From NCBI GenBank assembly GCA_015492515.1, contig WGEZ01000074.1, positions 1 through 44,796 on the forward strand: a stretch of DNA of 44,796 bases. Reading direction: 5' to 3'. The translations under genes and the position numbers were made by a program. Shown piece by piece: positions 26,519-36,468 of the stretch. The notes beneath the pieces were generated by a model. The model made no database searches, had not been told where the DNA came from, and saw only the letters and a list, made by a program, of their open reading frames with translations. Source of the DNA: Nitrospirota bacterium. GTDB taxonomy: Bacteria; Nitrospirota; Thermodesulfovibrionia; Thermodesulfovibrionales; JdFR-85. Position 1 is the stretch's first letter; each line of letters begins with the position of its first letter.

Positions 26519-29053
26519 CTATCCGAGCACTATATTAACCAGTCTGCCCTTCACAACGATCACCTTCCTCACCTCCCCGCCGCTTATGAACCCGGTCACC
26601 TTCGGCTCACGGAGGGCGATCTCCTCTATCTCCCTGTCATCGAGACCCGCCGGCACCGTCGTCTTCGCCCTCACCTTCCCGTTGACCTGGATCACCAGCT
26701 CCACCTCATCCTCCCTTGCGGCCTCCTCGTCCCATTCAGGCCATGGATGCTCCAGCACACTCGGCCTCTCTCCCATCGTCTCCCAGAGCTCCTCCGCTAT
26801 GTGGGGTGAGAAGGGGCTCAGCATCAGCAGCAGGTTCCTCAGGCTGAACTTGTAGACCGCCGGGGCTTCCCCGGGGTCGAAGGCCGAGATCTCGTTGAAG
26901 AGCTCCATCATCGATGCAATGGCGGTATTGAACTGGAACCTCCTTTCGATATCCGTGGTGACCTTCTTGACGGTCTGGTGGGTCTTCCTGAAGAGCCTCA
27001 TCCCCTTGCCGCCTTCGGGCAGGCCCTTCTCCGCCTCCACCGACCTCAGCATCCCTGCATCCCTCGTCACCACCGTCCAGAGCCTGTTGAGGAACCGGTG
27101 TGCACCCTCTATGCCCTGCTCCGACCACTCGAGGTCCTTCTCCGGAGGGGCTGCGAAGAGGGTGAAGAGCCTCGATGTGTCGGCCCCGTACTTCCTGATC
27201 AGGAACTCGGGATCGACGATGTTCTTCTTCGACTTCGACATCTTCTCCACCCTGCCGCTCTCCACCTCCTTGCCGCACCTCGAACACCTGCCGTCCACGG
27301 CCTCATCCGGGAAGAGCCATCCGTGCTCAGGACACCGGAGTGTCTCCTTGCATACCATACCCTGGGTGAGGAGGTTCCTGAAGGGCTCGCTGGTCTCGAC
27401 GAGCCCGATGTCCCTCAACACCCTTGTGAAGAACCTCGAGTACAGGAGGTGCAGCACGGCGTGTTCCACGCCTCCGATGTACTGGTCTACAGGCATCCAG
27501 TGCCTCAGCTCCGAGGCTGGGTTCCGGACCGCTGACCCGATCTCTATATCGCCTCTGAAACAGTAGGCCAGGAAGTACCACGACGAATCAACGAAGGTAT
27601 CCATCGTATCCGTCTCCCTCCTGGCACCGCCTCCACACTCCGGACACCTCGTCTCCACGAAGGACCTTGACGCCAGGAGCGGGGAGCTGCCCTTCCCTTC
27701 CAGGCTCACGTCCTCCGGGAGCAGGACCGGCAGGTCCTCCTCGGGCACGGGCACTACACCGCATCTCTCGCAATAGATGATCGGGATCGGTGTACCCCAG
27801 TACCTCTGCCTCGAGATGCCCCAGTCACGCAGCCGGTAATTCACGACCCTCCTGCCCAACCCCTCCTCCTCAAGATACCGCCCTATCTCCTCTATGGCCT
27901 CCCTGCTCCTCATCCCCGAGAAGCGCCCGGAGCTGACGAGGACACCTTCGTCCTCGTATGCACGCTGAAGGGGCCCTTCACCCCCTCCCTCCCCGGGTAC
28001 GATCACCACCCTGACGGGAAGGCCGTATTTCTGAGCGAATTCAAAGTCCCTCTGGTCATGGGCGGGCACCGACATTATGGCGCCTGTGCCGTACTCCATC
28101 AGGACGAAGTTCGCTATGTAGATCGGTATCCTCTCGCCGTTCACCGGGTTGACGGCGTAGCGGCCCGTGAAGAGGCCGTGTTTCTCCTCCATCACCCCGT
28201 ATCTGGACTTCAGGAACTCGAGCCCCTCCCGGTCTCCGGTGAGAGAGTCGGCGAGGGGATGCATCGGCGCCAGGCAGAGGAAGGTCGCTCCCCAGAGGGT
28301 GTCGGGCCTCGTGGTGAAGATGGTTATCCTCTCGTCGCCGTCGGCGACGGGGAAGTCCATCTCCACCCCCTCGCTCCTGCCGATCCAGTTGCGCTGCATC
28401 GCTATGACGTGCTCCGGCCATCCCTCTGAGAGCTCGTCGCATCCCCGGAGCAGCTCCTCGGCATAATCGGTGATCTTCAGGAACCACTGTTTCAGCTCCT
28501 TCCGGGTGACGGGGCTGTCGCAGCGCCAGCACCTGCCCTCTATCACCTGTTCGTTCGCAAGCACCGTCGCACAGGAGGGACACCAGTTGACGAGGGAGTC
28601 CTTCCTGTAGGCGAGTCCCCTCTCGTACATCTTGAGAAAGAACCACTGGTTCCACCTGTAGTACCGGGGTTCACAGGTGGCCACCTCCCGGGTCCAGTCG
28701 TAGCTGAACCCCATCCTCTTGAGCTGCCCCCTCATGTACCCGATGTTGTCCTCCGTCCACCTTGCAGGGTGCACCCCGTGCTCGATGGCGGCGTTCTCAG
28801 CGGGCAGACCGAAGGCGTCCCAACCCATGGGATGGAGCACGTTGAAGCCCTTCATCCTCTTGTACCGTGCGATGACGTCACCGATGGCGTAGTTCCTCAC
28901 GTGCCCCATGTGGATCCTTCCCGATGGATAGGGGAACATCTCGAGACAGTAGAACTTCCTCCTCCCGGGGTCGGCATCTGTACGGAAGAGGCCCCTCTCC
29001 TCCCAGTACGCCTGCCATCTGGTCTCTACCTTCTCGGGGTCATACCTCTGCAC
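26519..29053 (-). CDS. leuS: Leucine--tRNA ligase
   Basis: MFPYPSG.IHMGH (HIGH), FTTRPDT editing domain, [23 protein letters not shown] 29053 has an aggagg RBS; alternative GTG at 29095. Confidence 0.97.
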   Translation of the reverse strand: MQRYDPEKVETRWQAYWEERGLFRTDADPGRRKFYCLEMFPYPSGRIHMGHVRNYAIGDVIARYKRMKGFNVLHPMGWDAFGLPAENAAIEHGVHPARWTEDNIGYMRGQLKRMGFSYDWTREVATCEPRYYRWNQWFFLKMYERGLAYRKDSLVNWCPSCATVLANEQVIEGRCWRCDSPVTRKELKQWFLKITDYAEELLRGCDELSEGWPEHVIAMQRNWIGRSEGVEMDFPVADGDERITIFTTRPDTLWGATFLCLAPMHPLADSLTGDREGLEFLKSRYGVMEEKHGLFTGRYAVNPVNGERIPIYIANFVLMEYGTGAIMSVPAHDQRDFEFAQKYGLPVRVVIVPGEGGGEGPLQRAYEDEGVLVSSGRFSGMRSREAIEEIGRYLEEEGLGRRVVNYRLRDWGISRQRYWGTPIPIIYCERCGVVPVPEEDLPVLLPEDVSLEGKGSSPLLASRSFVETRCPECGGGARRETDTMDTFVDSSWYFLAYCFRGDIEIGSAVRNPASELRHWMPVDQYIGGVEHAVLHLLYSRFFTRVLRDIGLVETSEPFRNLLTQGMVCKETLRCPEHGWLFPDEAVDGRCSRCGKEVESGRVEKMSKSKKNIVDPEFLIRKYGADTSRLFTLFAAPPEKDLEWSEQGIEGAHRFLNRLWTVVTRDAGMLRSVEAEKGLPEGGKGMRLFRKTHQTVKKVTTDIERRFQFNTAIASMMELFNEISAFDPGEAPAVYKFSLRNLLLMLSPFSPHIAEELWETMGERPSVLEHPWPEWDEEAAREDEVELVIQVNGKVRAKTTVPAGLDDREIEEIALREPKVTGFISGGEVRKVIVVKGRLVNIVLG

Positions 29054-29171
29054 TCTGTCCTCCTGTTCCGGATCGGCGCGGTTGCGGAACGCCACAGAGA
29101 GATTATAATAAACCGCGGCTGAATATCGCCATCGGGCCCGGAGCAGGCCCGGTCCAGCGCAGGGCTCTTCG

Positions 29172-29201
29172 TTGACAGCTCACCGAAAATTCTGTTATTT
29201 T
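29172..29201 (+). promoter_or_regulatory. Putative sigma70 promoter of the barrel/protease/tat gene run
   Basis: TTGACA (29172-29177), 18-nt spacer ending in TGT, TATTTT; ATG follows 5 nt later. Confidence 0.55.
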
Positions 29202-29206
29202 TAAGG

Positions 29207-29998
29207 ATGAAGAAGATAGCCCTCGCCCTCTCCATCGTTCTCTTTACAGCAGCAACGAATATGGATACCGTGGCGGCCTTTGAGACACAGGGCTTTATGC
29301 CTGTGCAGCCCTACGGCGCCTTCTCCACCCTCAGCGCCTACACGGTCGGAAGGGAGAGACTGGGCGTCATGCTCTCCCTGGAGCGATCCGTGGACCCCAA
29401 CTTCTACAGGCTCCACCTGAACGCCGCCTACGGGCTGATGGACGACATCGATCTGCTGGCCAGCCTCCCCTTCGTATTCGACTATCACAATTCGGAAGGG
29501 TTCGAGGACATAAGCTTCGGGTTCAAACATACTATTTTATCAGAGAGGAGGCTGGGTCCGTCAATCTCCTATCTCATCGGGTTCTCCATACCGGGGAAGG
29601 ACGAGCTCTCCTCGAAGGGTCATTTCGGCGGCGGCATCCTGGTGAGCAAGCGGGTCGGCCCCTTCAAGGGGCACGGCAACGTCTTCTACTACAGGTCTGC
29701 AGGCGCCTCCCTCGAGGACGAGGTGGAACTCAGGCTCGGGCTCGACCTCGCCGCGGCCCACGGCTTCAACGTGCTGAGTGAGCTGATCGTGAAGAAGAGC
29801 CACTTCTCCGAGAGCATAGACTTCATCGAGGGGAGGATCGGCTACAGGGTAAAGATATCCTCGGCCTCCTTCGCCACCCTCGGCATGGGCTACGACTTCA
29901 AGAACAGGAACCCGGAGCTCCGGGTCTTCCTCTCCGTGAGCCTCTTCCCCTTCCAGCAGAGGGAGGTCAAGAGGCTCTATCAGGAGGAAGGCAGATGA
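29207..29998 (+). CDS. Putative outer-membrane beta-barrel protein
   Basis: Signal peptide MKKIALALSIVLF...; alternating hydrophobic/polar beta-strand segments; G..DI..G.K pattern recalled from MetA-pathway-like channel proteins. Family uncertain. Confidence 0.6.
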   Translation: MKKIALALSIVLFTAATNMDTVAAFETQGFMPVQPYGAFSTLSAYTVGRERLGVMLSLERSVDPNFYRLHLNAAYGLMDDIDLLASLPFVFDYHNSEGFEDISFGFKHTILSERRLGPSISYLIGFSIPGKDELSSKGHFGGGILVSKRVGPFKGHGNVFYYRSAGASLEDEVELRLGLDLAAAHGFNVLSELIVKKSHFSESIDFIEGRIGYRVKISSASFATLGMGYDFKNRNPELRVFLSVSLFPFQQREVKRLYQEEGR

Positions 29999-31344
29999 AG
30001 GGGAGTGCTGCATCCCTTCTGCTGGCCCTGATACTCCTGTCTCTGGCGGTCTCACCCTCGGCCTCGACGGTACCGGAGTCCTTCTCGGGAATCGTCAAGC
30101 TGAGGGCGAAGAGCGTGGTCAACATCAGCACCACGGAGATAATCAAGGAGAAGGCGGTGCCCTTCCCCTTCTTTCCCCGGGCACCCTTCGGAGAAGAGAA
30201 GAGGTACAGGAGGCAGTCCCTCGGCTCGGGCTTCATCATCGATGAAGAGGGCTACATCCTGACCAACGACCATGTCGTGGGTAAGGCCGAGGACATCAGG
30301 GTGAGGCTCTGGGACGAGACCGAGTACAGGGCGACCGTTGTGGGCAGAGACCAGAAGACCGACATAGCACTCATCAAGGTGCTGGCCGACAGGCCCCTCC
30401 CCGTCGCACCCCTGGGGGACTCCGACGCCCTTGAAGTGGGTGACTGGGTCATCGCCATCGGGAACCCCTTCGGCCTCGGACACACGGTGACGGCGGGTAT
30501 CGTGAGCGCCAAGGGGAGGATAATAGGATCAGGCCCATATGACGACTTCATACAGACCGATGCAGCCATAAACCCGGGCAACTCCGGGGGCCCGCTCTTC
30601 AACCTCGACGGCGAGGTCGTGGGCATAAACACCGCCATCTTCTCACCCTCGGGCGGGAATATAGGGATCGGCTTCGCCATCCCGATCAATCTCGCCAGGG
30701 AGGTGATCCCCTCCCTCAAGGAGAAGGGCTTCGTACAGAGGGGATGGCTCGGCGTAAAGGTCCAGAAGGTCACGAAGGAGATAGCCGAGAGCTTCGGACT
30801 GAAGGATCGGCACGGCGCCCTGGTGACTGAGGTGATCAAGGGCTCACCGGCGGAGAAGGCGGGCTTGAGGCGCGGTGATATAATCATATGGTACAATGGC
30901 AGGAAGATAGAGGAGATGCACGAGCTGCCCAGGCTCGTGGCCTCCACACCCGTGGGGTCCACCGTGGATATGAAGGTCTTCAGGGACGGCGAGGAGGTGG
31001 CGCTCGAGGTCACGATCGAGAAGCTCCGGGAGGATGTGGGCACACCCGAGCTCCTGATCCAGCAGAAGCTGGGCATAAGTACCAGGACCCTCCATCCCGC
31101 CATCGCTGAGCAGTTCGGCATCAGAGACGGAGGGGCGGTCCTCGTGCTCGACGTCGATCTCGAGGGTCCCGCCGCAAGGGAAGGCCTGCAGAGGGGCGAC
31201 GTTATCCTCGAGGTGAACCGGAAGAGGATAACCTCCGTCGAGGAGATGGCATCCGTCTTGAAAGGGATCGATGGGGACGACTCCGTCCTGCTCCTCGTCA
31301 AGAGGGACAGGGGATATAAATACCTCAGCATAAAACCGGAGTGA
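29995..31344 (+). CDS. DegP/DegQ (Do) family periplasmic serine protease with two PDZ domains
   Basis: SLGSGFII, TNDHVV, TDIALIK, IQTDAAINPGNSGGPL, two PDZ regions; signal peptide. Confidence 0.95.
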   Translation: MKGSAASLLLALILLSLAVSPSASTVPESFSGIVKLRAKSVVNISTTEIIKEKAVPFPFFPRAPFGEEKRYRRQSLGSGFIIDEEGYILTNDHVVGKAEDIRVRLWDETEYRATVVGRDQKTDIALIKVLADRPLPVAPLGDSDALEVGDWVIAIGNPFGLGHTVTAGIVSAKGRIIGSGPYDDFIQTDAAINPGNSGGPLFNLDGEVVGINTAIFSPSGGNIGIGFAIPINLAREVIPSLKEKGFVQRGWLGVKVQKVTKEIAESFGLKDRHGALVTEVIKGSPAEKAGLRRGDIIIWYNGRKIEEMHELPRLVASTPVGSTVDMKVFRDGEEVALEVTIEKLREDVGTPELLIQQKLGISTRTLHPAIAEQFGIRDGGAVLVLDVDLEGPAAREGLQRGDVILEVNRKRITSVEEMASVLKGIDGDDSVLLLVKRDRGYKYLSIKPE

Positions 31345-31347
31345 GAG

Positions 31348-31689
31348 ATGTTCGACCTCGGAATGCAGGAATTGATAGTCATCTTCGTCGTCGCCCTCCT
31401 CGTCTTCGGACCCCAGAAGCTGCCCGAGCTGGCACGCTCCCTGGGCAGGGGCATGGCCGAGCTTAAGAGGACGCTCCAGGGCGTGAAGGAACAGATTGAC
31501 TCAGAGGTCGAAGAGGTACAGAAGCCCCTGCAGGATACCCTGACGGAGATCACGGACAGGCCTGACCTCTCCGTCGGCAAAGAGAGGAGAACCGATCTCG
31601 AGGATATCGAGAGGCTGACGAAGATCCAGAAAGGGCCTGAGGAGGAGAAGGAAGAGAGCGGATCCAGCGGGGGAGAAGCGGATAGATGA
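31348..31689 (+). CDS. tatB: Twin-arginine translocase subunit TatB (TatA/B family)
   Basis: MFDLGMQELIVIFVVALLVFGPQKLPELARSLG; directly upstream of tatC. Confidence 0.85.
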   Translation: MFDLGMQELIVIFVVALLVFGPQKLPELARSLGRGMAELKRTLQGVKEQIDSEVEEVQKPLQDTLTEITDRPDLSVGKERRTDLEDIERLTKIQKGPEEEKEESGSSGGEADR

Positions 31690-32483
31690 CGGAGACGGAA
31701 GAGAAGCTCCCTTTCACCACCCACCTCGCCGAGCTGAGACAGAGGATCCTGAAGACCCTCGTCGCTGTGATCGCCGGGTTCGGCCTCTCCTTCGCCTTCT
31801 CCGAGAGGATATTCCAGCTCCTCACCCTCCCCCTGAAGGCGGACCTCCACCTGAAGACCACCTCGCCCTACATCGAGTTCATCCCCAAGGACTCCCCCGT
31901 CGAGAAGCTCGTCTTCCTCGCACCGGCCGAGGCCTTCTGGATGCACATAAAGGTCTCTCTGGTGGCAGGGCTCATCCTGGCCCTTCCGGTCGGCCTCTAC
32001 CAGCTCTGGCGGTTCATCGCACCGGGTCTCTTCCCCTCGGAGAAGAAGTACATCGGCCCCTTCATCCTCTCCGGCACCCTCCTCTTCCTCATAGGAGACC
32101 TCTTCTGCTTCACCGTGATCCTCCCCTTCGCGATGGGATTCCTCCTCACATACAAGACCGGCTCCCTCACCCCCATGATCTCAGTGGGCAGCTACATCGA
32201 CTTCACACTGAAGTTCCTCCTCTCCTTCGGGGCCGTCTTCGAGCTCCCCATCGTGATACTCTTCCTGACGAAGATGGGGATCGTCACGCCGAAGACGCTG
32301 GCCAGGAACAGAAAGTACGCGGTCCTGATCGCCTTTGTCCTTGCGGCGTTCCTGACCCCTACGCCGGATGCCTTCAACCAGACCCTCATGGCCGGTCCTA
32401 TCCTTATACTCTACGAAACTGGTATAATAGTTTCGAAGATCTTCTCCAGGAAACGGGGCTCGGATGAAGGGGATAAGGGGTAA
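31686..32483 (+). CDS. tatC: Twin-arginine translocase subunit TatC
   Basis: HLAELRQR, YQLWRFIAPGL..EK, FG.VFELP, AAFLTP.PD, P..ILYE. Confidence 0.96.
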   Translation: MTETEEKLPFTTHLAELRQRILKTLVAVIAGFGLSFAFSERIFQLLTLPLKADLHLKTTSPYIEFIPKDSPVEKLVFLAPAEAFWMHIKVSLVAGLILALPVGLYQLWRFIAPGLFPSEKKYIGPFILSGTLLFLIGDLFCFTVILPFAMGFLLTYKTGSLTPMISVGSYIDFTLKFLLSFGAVFELPIVILFLTKMGIVTPKTLARNRKYAVLIAFVLAAFLTPTPDAFNQTLMAGPILILYETGIIVSKIFSRKRGSDEGDKG

Positions 32484-32742
32484 GAGTGTCAAGTCCATAA
32501 CGTGGGACATCGCGGAGGGTTACATCACCGTGAACCCCCTCTTCCTCAAACCCCTGGAGATGGACTCCGTCAGGGAGCTCTATCACGAGATCCAGCTCAC
32601 CCAGAACGAGATCCGGGGTGAGAAGTTCCCCTTCAACGATGTGCAGGCCATCAGGCGGAGGAATATGAAGCTACAGAGACTCAACTCGGCACAGATGATC
32701 ATCAGGAACTACCTGCGGGAACGCAAACAGCTGTTCACTTAA
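32464..32742 (+). CDS. Small hypothetical protein (92 aa)
   Basis: Fills the gap between tatC and the HEAT gene with overlapping or near-abutting ends; codon style matches neighbours; no family recognised. Confidence 0.7.
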   Translation: MKGIRGKSVKSITWDIAEGYITVNPLFLKPLEMDSVRELYHEIQLTQNEIRGEKFPFNDVQAIRRRNMKLQRLNSAQMIIRNYLRERKQLFT

Positions 32743-32747
32743 AGGCT

Positions 32748-34391
32748 ATGGTCGTCTCGAGTGATGCAAAGGAACTCATCCAGGCCTTGATAAAGGCGAA
32801 GAAAAACCTCAGGATCTATCCGGAGAACAACCCCGTCTATGTCAAGACCGTGGATGACATCTACGCGAGGATAACCGGGTTCCTCGACTACACCGACCCC
32901 CTCACACTGAAGTTCAAACAGTACGAGATACTCTTCGACGGCGACGTCGTGTACCACAACGAGGAGAAGGAGGAGAGCCTCGCCCTCTTCTTCTTCAAGG
33001 ACGGCGTGAGGGAGCTGACCTTCAAGAAGGGGATACCCCGCGACGAGGTCGAGGAGTTCCTGAGGGTCCTCTCCGTGGACTTCGAGAGGGAGGCCCTCGA
33101 CGACGACATAGTGACCTTGATGTGGGAGAAGGACTTCCACTACATCCAGTACGTGGTTGACGACGCCTTCCTGATCGATGACGAGACCTACGAGGAGACC
33201 GCCGTATCACAGATAAAAGGCTCCTCCGCAGACACCGAGGGCATCCTGAAGGCCTACGAGGATGCCATCGGTACCGAGAGGGCCGCCAAGATCAACGTCG
33301 TCCCCCTGACGAACGACGACCTCAGGAGCATCATCCAGGAGATAGAGAACGACCCGCCGGACAAGACGCTCAACCTCATCCAGGTCCTCTTCGAGATGTT
33401 CTTCTACGCCGAGGGGAAGGCCGAGTACGACGAGCTTTCGCAGTTCATGAAATCCACCCTCGAGTATGCGATAGGCCGCGGCAACCTTGAGACCGCGGTC
33501 TATACGATCAGGAAGATAAGGAGCAGCATAAAGGAGGGCCTCTACGACAGCAACATAAACATATACCTCAGGGGTGTGGAGCAGTTCGTGAACTCGGCGA
33601 GGTTCATCAACCTCCTCGGCGAGGTCCTGGACAACGGCGTCGAGTTCACCAACGATCTCCTCTACGAGTTCGCCGTCCTCCTGGACAAGAACGCCATACC
33701 CCACCTTATATACATCCTCGGCGAGCTGAAGAACATCTCGGCCCGGAGGGCCACCATCAACATACTCTCCGTGGTGGGCAAGAAGGATATCTCCCTCCTG
33801 GCCAGGGGGCTGAACGACGGCAGGTGGTATGTGGTGAGGAACGTCATCTACATCCTGAGGCAGATCGGCGAAAGGAACGCGATAGAGCACCTCACCACAG
33901 CCGTAAGGCATCCTGACAAGAGGGTGAGGAAGGAGGCGATCCGCGCCCTCGGCGAGATGGGCTCAGGCGATGTCCTGCACATACTGAAGGGCTGCCTCTC
34001 CGACCCGGACGAATCGGTGAGGATCACCACCGTGAGGGCGGTGGGACTGATAAGGACCCCGCTGTCGAAGAAGATACTGGTCGACGAGATCGCGGAGAAG
34101 TCCTTCAGGGAGAAGTCCTTCAACGAGAAGAAGGAGTTCTTCGAGGTCCTCTCCAGGTGGAAGGACGGCGACGTCATCGATCTGCTGGTGAAGATCCTGA
34201 GGAGGAGGGCCTTCTTCAAGAGGATGAAGAACGACGAAACGAGGGCTGCCGCCGCATACTGTCTCGGCCTCATGGGTGTGGTGAACGCGATGGATCACCT
34301 CATCAGGCTGCAGGGCTCCAACAACAGGCTCCTCAGGGAGAACGTCAGGGCAGCTATAAAGAGGATCAAGGATGGAAAAAGCCGGGGTTAA
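32748..34391 (+). CDS. HEAT-repeat protein
   Basis: C-terminal repeats L.D.RWYVVRN...IL, HPD.RVR.EAIRALG, DPDESVR.....A.G, R.AAAYCLG. Confidence 0.85.
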   Translation: MVVSSDAKELIQALIKAKKNLRIYPENNPVYVKTVDDIYARITGFLDYTDPLTLKFKQYEILFDGDVVYHNEEKEESLALFFFKDGVRELTFKKGIPRDEVEEFLRVLSVDFEREALDDDIVTLMWEKDFHYIQYVVDDAFLIDDETYEETAVSQIKGSSADTEGILKAYEDAIGTERAAKINVVPLTNDDLRSIIQEIENDPPDKTLNLIQVLFEMFFYAEGKAEYDELSQFMKSTLEYAIGRGNLETAVYTIRKIRSSIKEGLYDSNINIYLRGVEQFVNSARFINLLGEVLDNGVEFTNDLLYEFAVLLDKNAIPHLIYILGELKNISARRATINILSVVGKKDISLLARGLNDGRWYVVRNVIYILRQIGERNAIEHLTTAVRHPDKRVRKEAIRALGEMGSGDVLHILKGCLSDPDESVRITTVRAVGLIRTPLSKKILVDEIAEKSFREKSFNEKKEFFEVLSRWKDGDVIDLLVKILRRRAFFKRMKNDETRAAAAYCLGLMGVVNAMDHLIRLQGSNNRLLRENVRAAIKRIKDGKSRG

Positions 34392-35772
34392 TACGGAAGT
34401 AGACGGGAAGACCATCCTGAACCAGTTCGCCGTGGTCCTGAGGACGGGCAACTTCTATGACGCCGACAACGTGGCCGTCAAGAGCGCCGTGGAGAAGTTC
34501 CTGAACATCGCAAACCCGGCCATTGAGGCGGAGGGCGTCTTCAGGATAGACCTGATAGGCGAGTACTTCTATATAAACGATACGAGGGTCAGGTACCCCC
34601 TCGAGTACATACTGAACTTCGATTACCTCGTGCGGGAGTTCAGGCGGAGGGACCTCGGCTCGGTCATCTTCGACGCCCCGCTGGGCGTCGACGACGTCAA
34701 GGCCTTCCTCAAGACATTCATAAACTCCATCTACTCCAACACCCCCTTCGAGGCCATGGAGGCCTCCCTCGAGGAGACACCGGGCATCAGGGTGGAGAAG
34801 CTGAAGCGGGTGCGCGAGGAGGGGAGCCTTGACAGGCGGAAGATCGTCAAGAAGTCATACTTCAACGCCGTATCCTTCACCAAGGGGATCATGAACAAGC
34901 TGAGGGCAGGCGAGAAGGTGAGCCTGAAGAAGGCGAAGAGGGTCGTCGAGTCCATGGTCGACACGCTCCTGGCGGAGGAGCAGCTCCTGATAGGGATGAC
35001 CGCCATAAAGGACTACGATGAATACACCTATCATCACTGCGTCAACGTCAGCGTCCTATCCATAGCGATCGGGCAGAAGATCGGCCTCAACAGGAGGGCG
35101 CTCACCGAACTGGGACTGATCGCCCTCTTTCACGATATCGGAAAGATGGAGATACCGAAGGAGATCCTGAACAAGCCCACGGCCTTCACAGAGGAGGAGT
35201 GGCGGGTGATAATGAGGCATCCCTACTGGGGTGCGCGGACCATACTGAAGCTGAAGGGGCCTGACAAGATCTCCATACGCAGCGCCCTCGTGGCCTTCCA
35301 GCACCACATAAACCGCGACAACACGGGCTATCCGAAGCTGCACGAGCCCATGGCCCTGGACTTCTACTCCAAGATCGTCTCCGTGGCGGACCAGTACGAC
35401 GCCATGACCTCCTCGAGGGTCTACTCCCGCGTCCCACTGCCTCCCGACAGGGCGTTGAGCGTGATGATGGAGCGGACCGAGAGTCAGATAGACCCGATAC
35501 TGTTCAAGTTCTTCGTCAACATGGTCGGCGTCTATCCCATAGGCACCCTCGTGCTGCTGGACACCCGGGAGATGGGCCTCGTCTATGAATGCAACCCCCT
35601 CTTCGCCGACAGGCCGAGGGTGATGATCATTGTGGATAAAGGAGGAAAGAAGATCAAGGGTTCCGTTGTTGACCTGACCGAGAAGGACTCCACGAACAGA
35701 TACACCAGGAGCATCGTGAAGACCCTCGATCCCAACAAGTACAGGATCAACCTCGCGGAGTACCTGCTTTAG
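34372..35772 (+). CDS. HD-GYP domain protein (putative c-di-GMP phosphodiesterase)
   Basis: DEYTYHH.VNV, HDIGK, HP..G, HH...D.TGYP, AD.YDAMTS.R.Y, and C-terminal G.YP.GTLV.L extension. Confidence 0.9.
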   Translation: MEKAGVNTEVDGKTILNQFAVVLRTGNFYDADNVAVKSAVEKFLNIANPAIEAEGVFRIDLIGEYFYINDTRVRYPLEYILNFDYLVREFRRRDLGSVIFDAPLGVDDVKAFLKTFINSIYSNTPFEAMEASLEETPGIRVEKLKRVREEGSLDRRKIVKKSYFNAVSFTKGIMNKLRAGEKVSLKKAKRVVESMVDTLLAEEQLLIGMTAIKDYDEYTYHHCVNVSVLSIAIGQKIGLNRRALTELGLIALFHDIGKMEIPKEILNKPTAFTEEEWRVIMRHPYWGARTILKLKGPDKISIRSALVAFQHHINRDNTGYPKLHEPMALDFYSKIVSVADQYDAMTSSRVYSRVPLPPDRALSVMMERTESQIDPILFKFFVNMVGVYPIGTLVLLDTREMGLVYECNPLFADRPRVMIIVDKGGKKIKGSVVDLTEKDSTNRYTRSIVKTLDPNKYRINLAEYLL

Positions 35773-35816
35773 GTTGCCGTCTGTCCGGGTCTCCCCCCGG
35801 CAGCTGTCCTGTACGA

Positions 35817-35843
35817 GCCCTCTCCGGACCTTCAGGAGAGGGC
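35817..35843. terminator. Possible hairpin downstream of the HD-GYP gene
   Basis: gccctctcc / ggagagggc 9-bp stem with 9-nt loop; no clear U-tract. Confidence 0.3.
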
Positions 35844-35867
35844 GGAAACCGGCTACGCGGCGTCAGG

Positions 35868-36467
35868 GTGCTGATCCACTTCCACGGGATCAGTGAGGCC
35901 GGCGCTGCAGCTGAACCCCTGTCGATGACTGAAAGGATGAACTCGACGAGATCTGCGGAGAGAGGCCGTGCCGTTGAGGCCTTGATCATCGCCGTGGCGG
36001 TGCTGATCCTCTCCGTCACCGGCTGCAAGGGACCGGAAGGGGAGCAGGCCTTCAGGCATCCCCTCAAGGACCCTCCCCGGTTCACCGAGCATGTGAGGTG
36101 CGACAACTGCGGCATGGACAGAAACAGGTTCGCCAGAACGAGGTACGAGTTCGAGACGTCGAAGGGGAGGTTCCATACATGCTCCCTCTCCTGTGTGGTG
36201 ATACTGAGCATGAAGCTGGGCGAGAGCCCGCAGAAGGTGAAGGTGGCGGAGTACCTGAGGCCGGAGAGGATGCTCGATGCCGAAAGGGCCTTCTACGTGA
36301 TCGGTTCCCGTGCACCCGGTACCATGACGAGGGTGAGCAAGCTGGCCTTCTCCGACAGGGCCGGGGCGGAGGATTTCATAAAGAGGTACGGCGGAAGGCT
36401 CTCCGACTTCGACGAGGCCTTCAGGGAGGCCGAGAGCGAGGTCCTCCGCCTGAGGAAGGGGTCCTGA
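35868..36467 (+). CDS. NosL-family metal-binding lipoprotein
   Basis: Lipobox-like SVTGC; CDNCGM, TCSLSC, DA..AFYV.GS...G.M, LAF.....A..F...YGG. True start probably later (ATG near 35925 or 35938). Confidence 0.82.
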   Translation: MLIHFHGISEAGAAAEPLSMTERMNSTRSAERGRAVEALIIAVAVLILSVTGCKGPEGEQAFRHPLKDPPRFTEHVRCDNCGMDRNRFARTRYEFETSKGRFHTCSLSCVVILSMKLGESPQKVKVAEYLRPERMLDAERAFYVIGSRAPGTMTRVSKLAFSDRAGAEDFIKRYGGRLSDFDEAFREAESEVLRLRKGS

Positions 36468-36468
36468 G

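Noticed and set aside
29995-31344. HtrA protease as magnetosome MamE
   Set aside because: No CxxCH magnetochrome motifs; ordinary protease plus two PDZ domains, about 25 kb from the actin gene.
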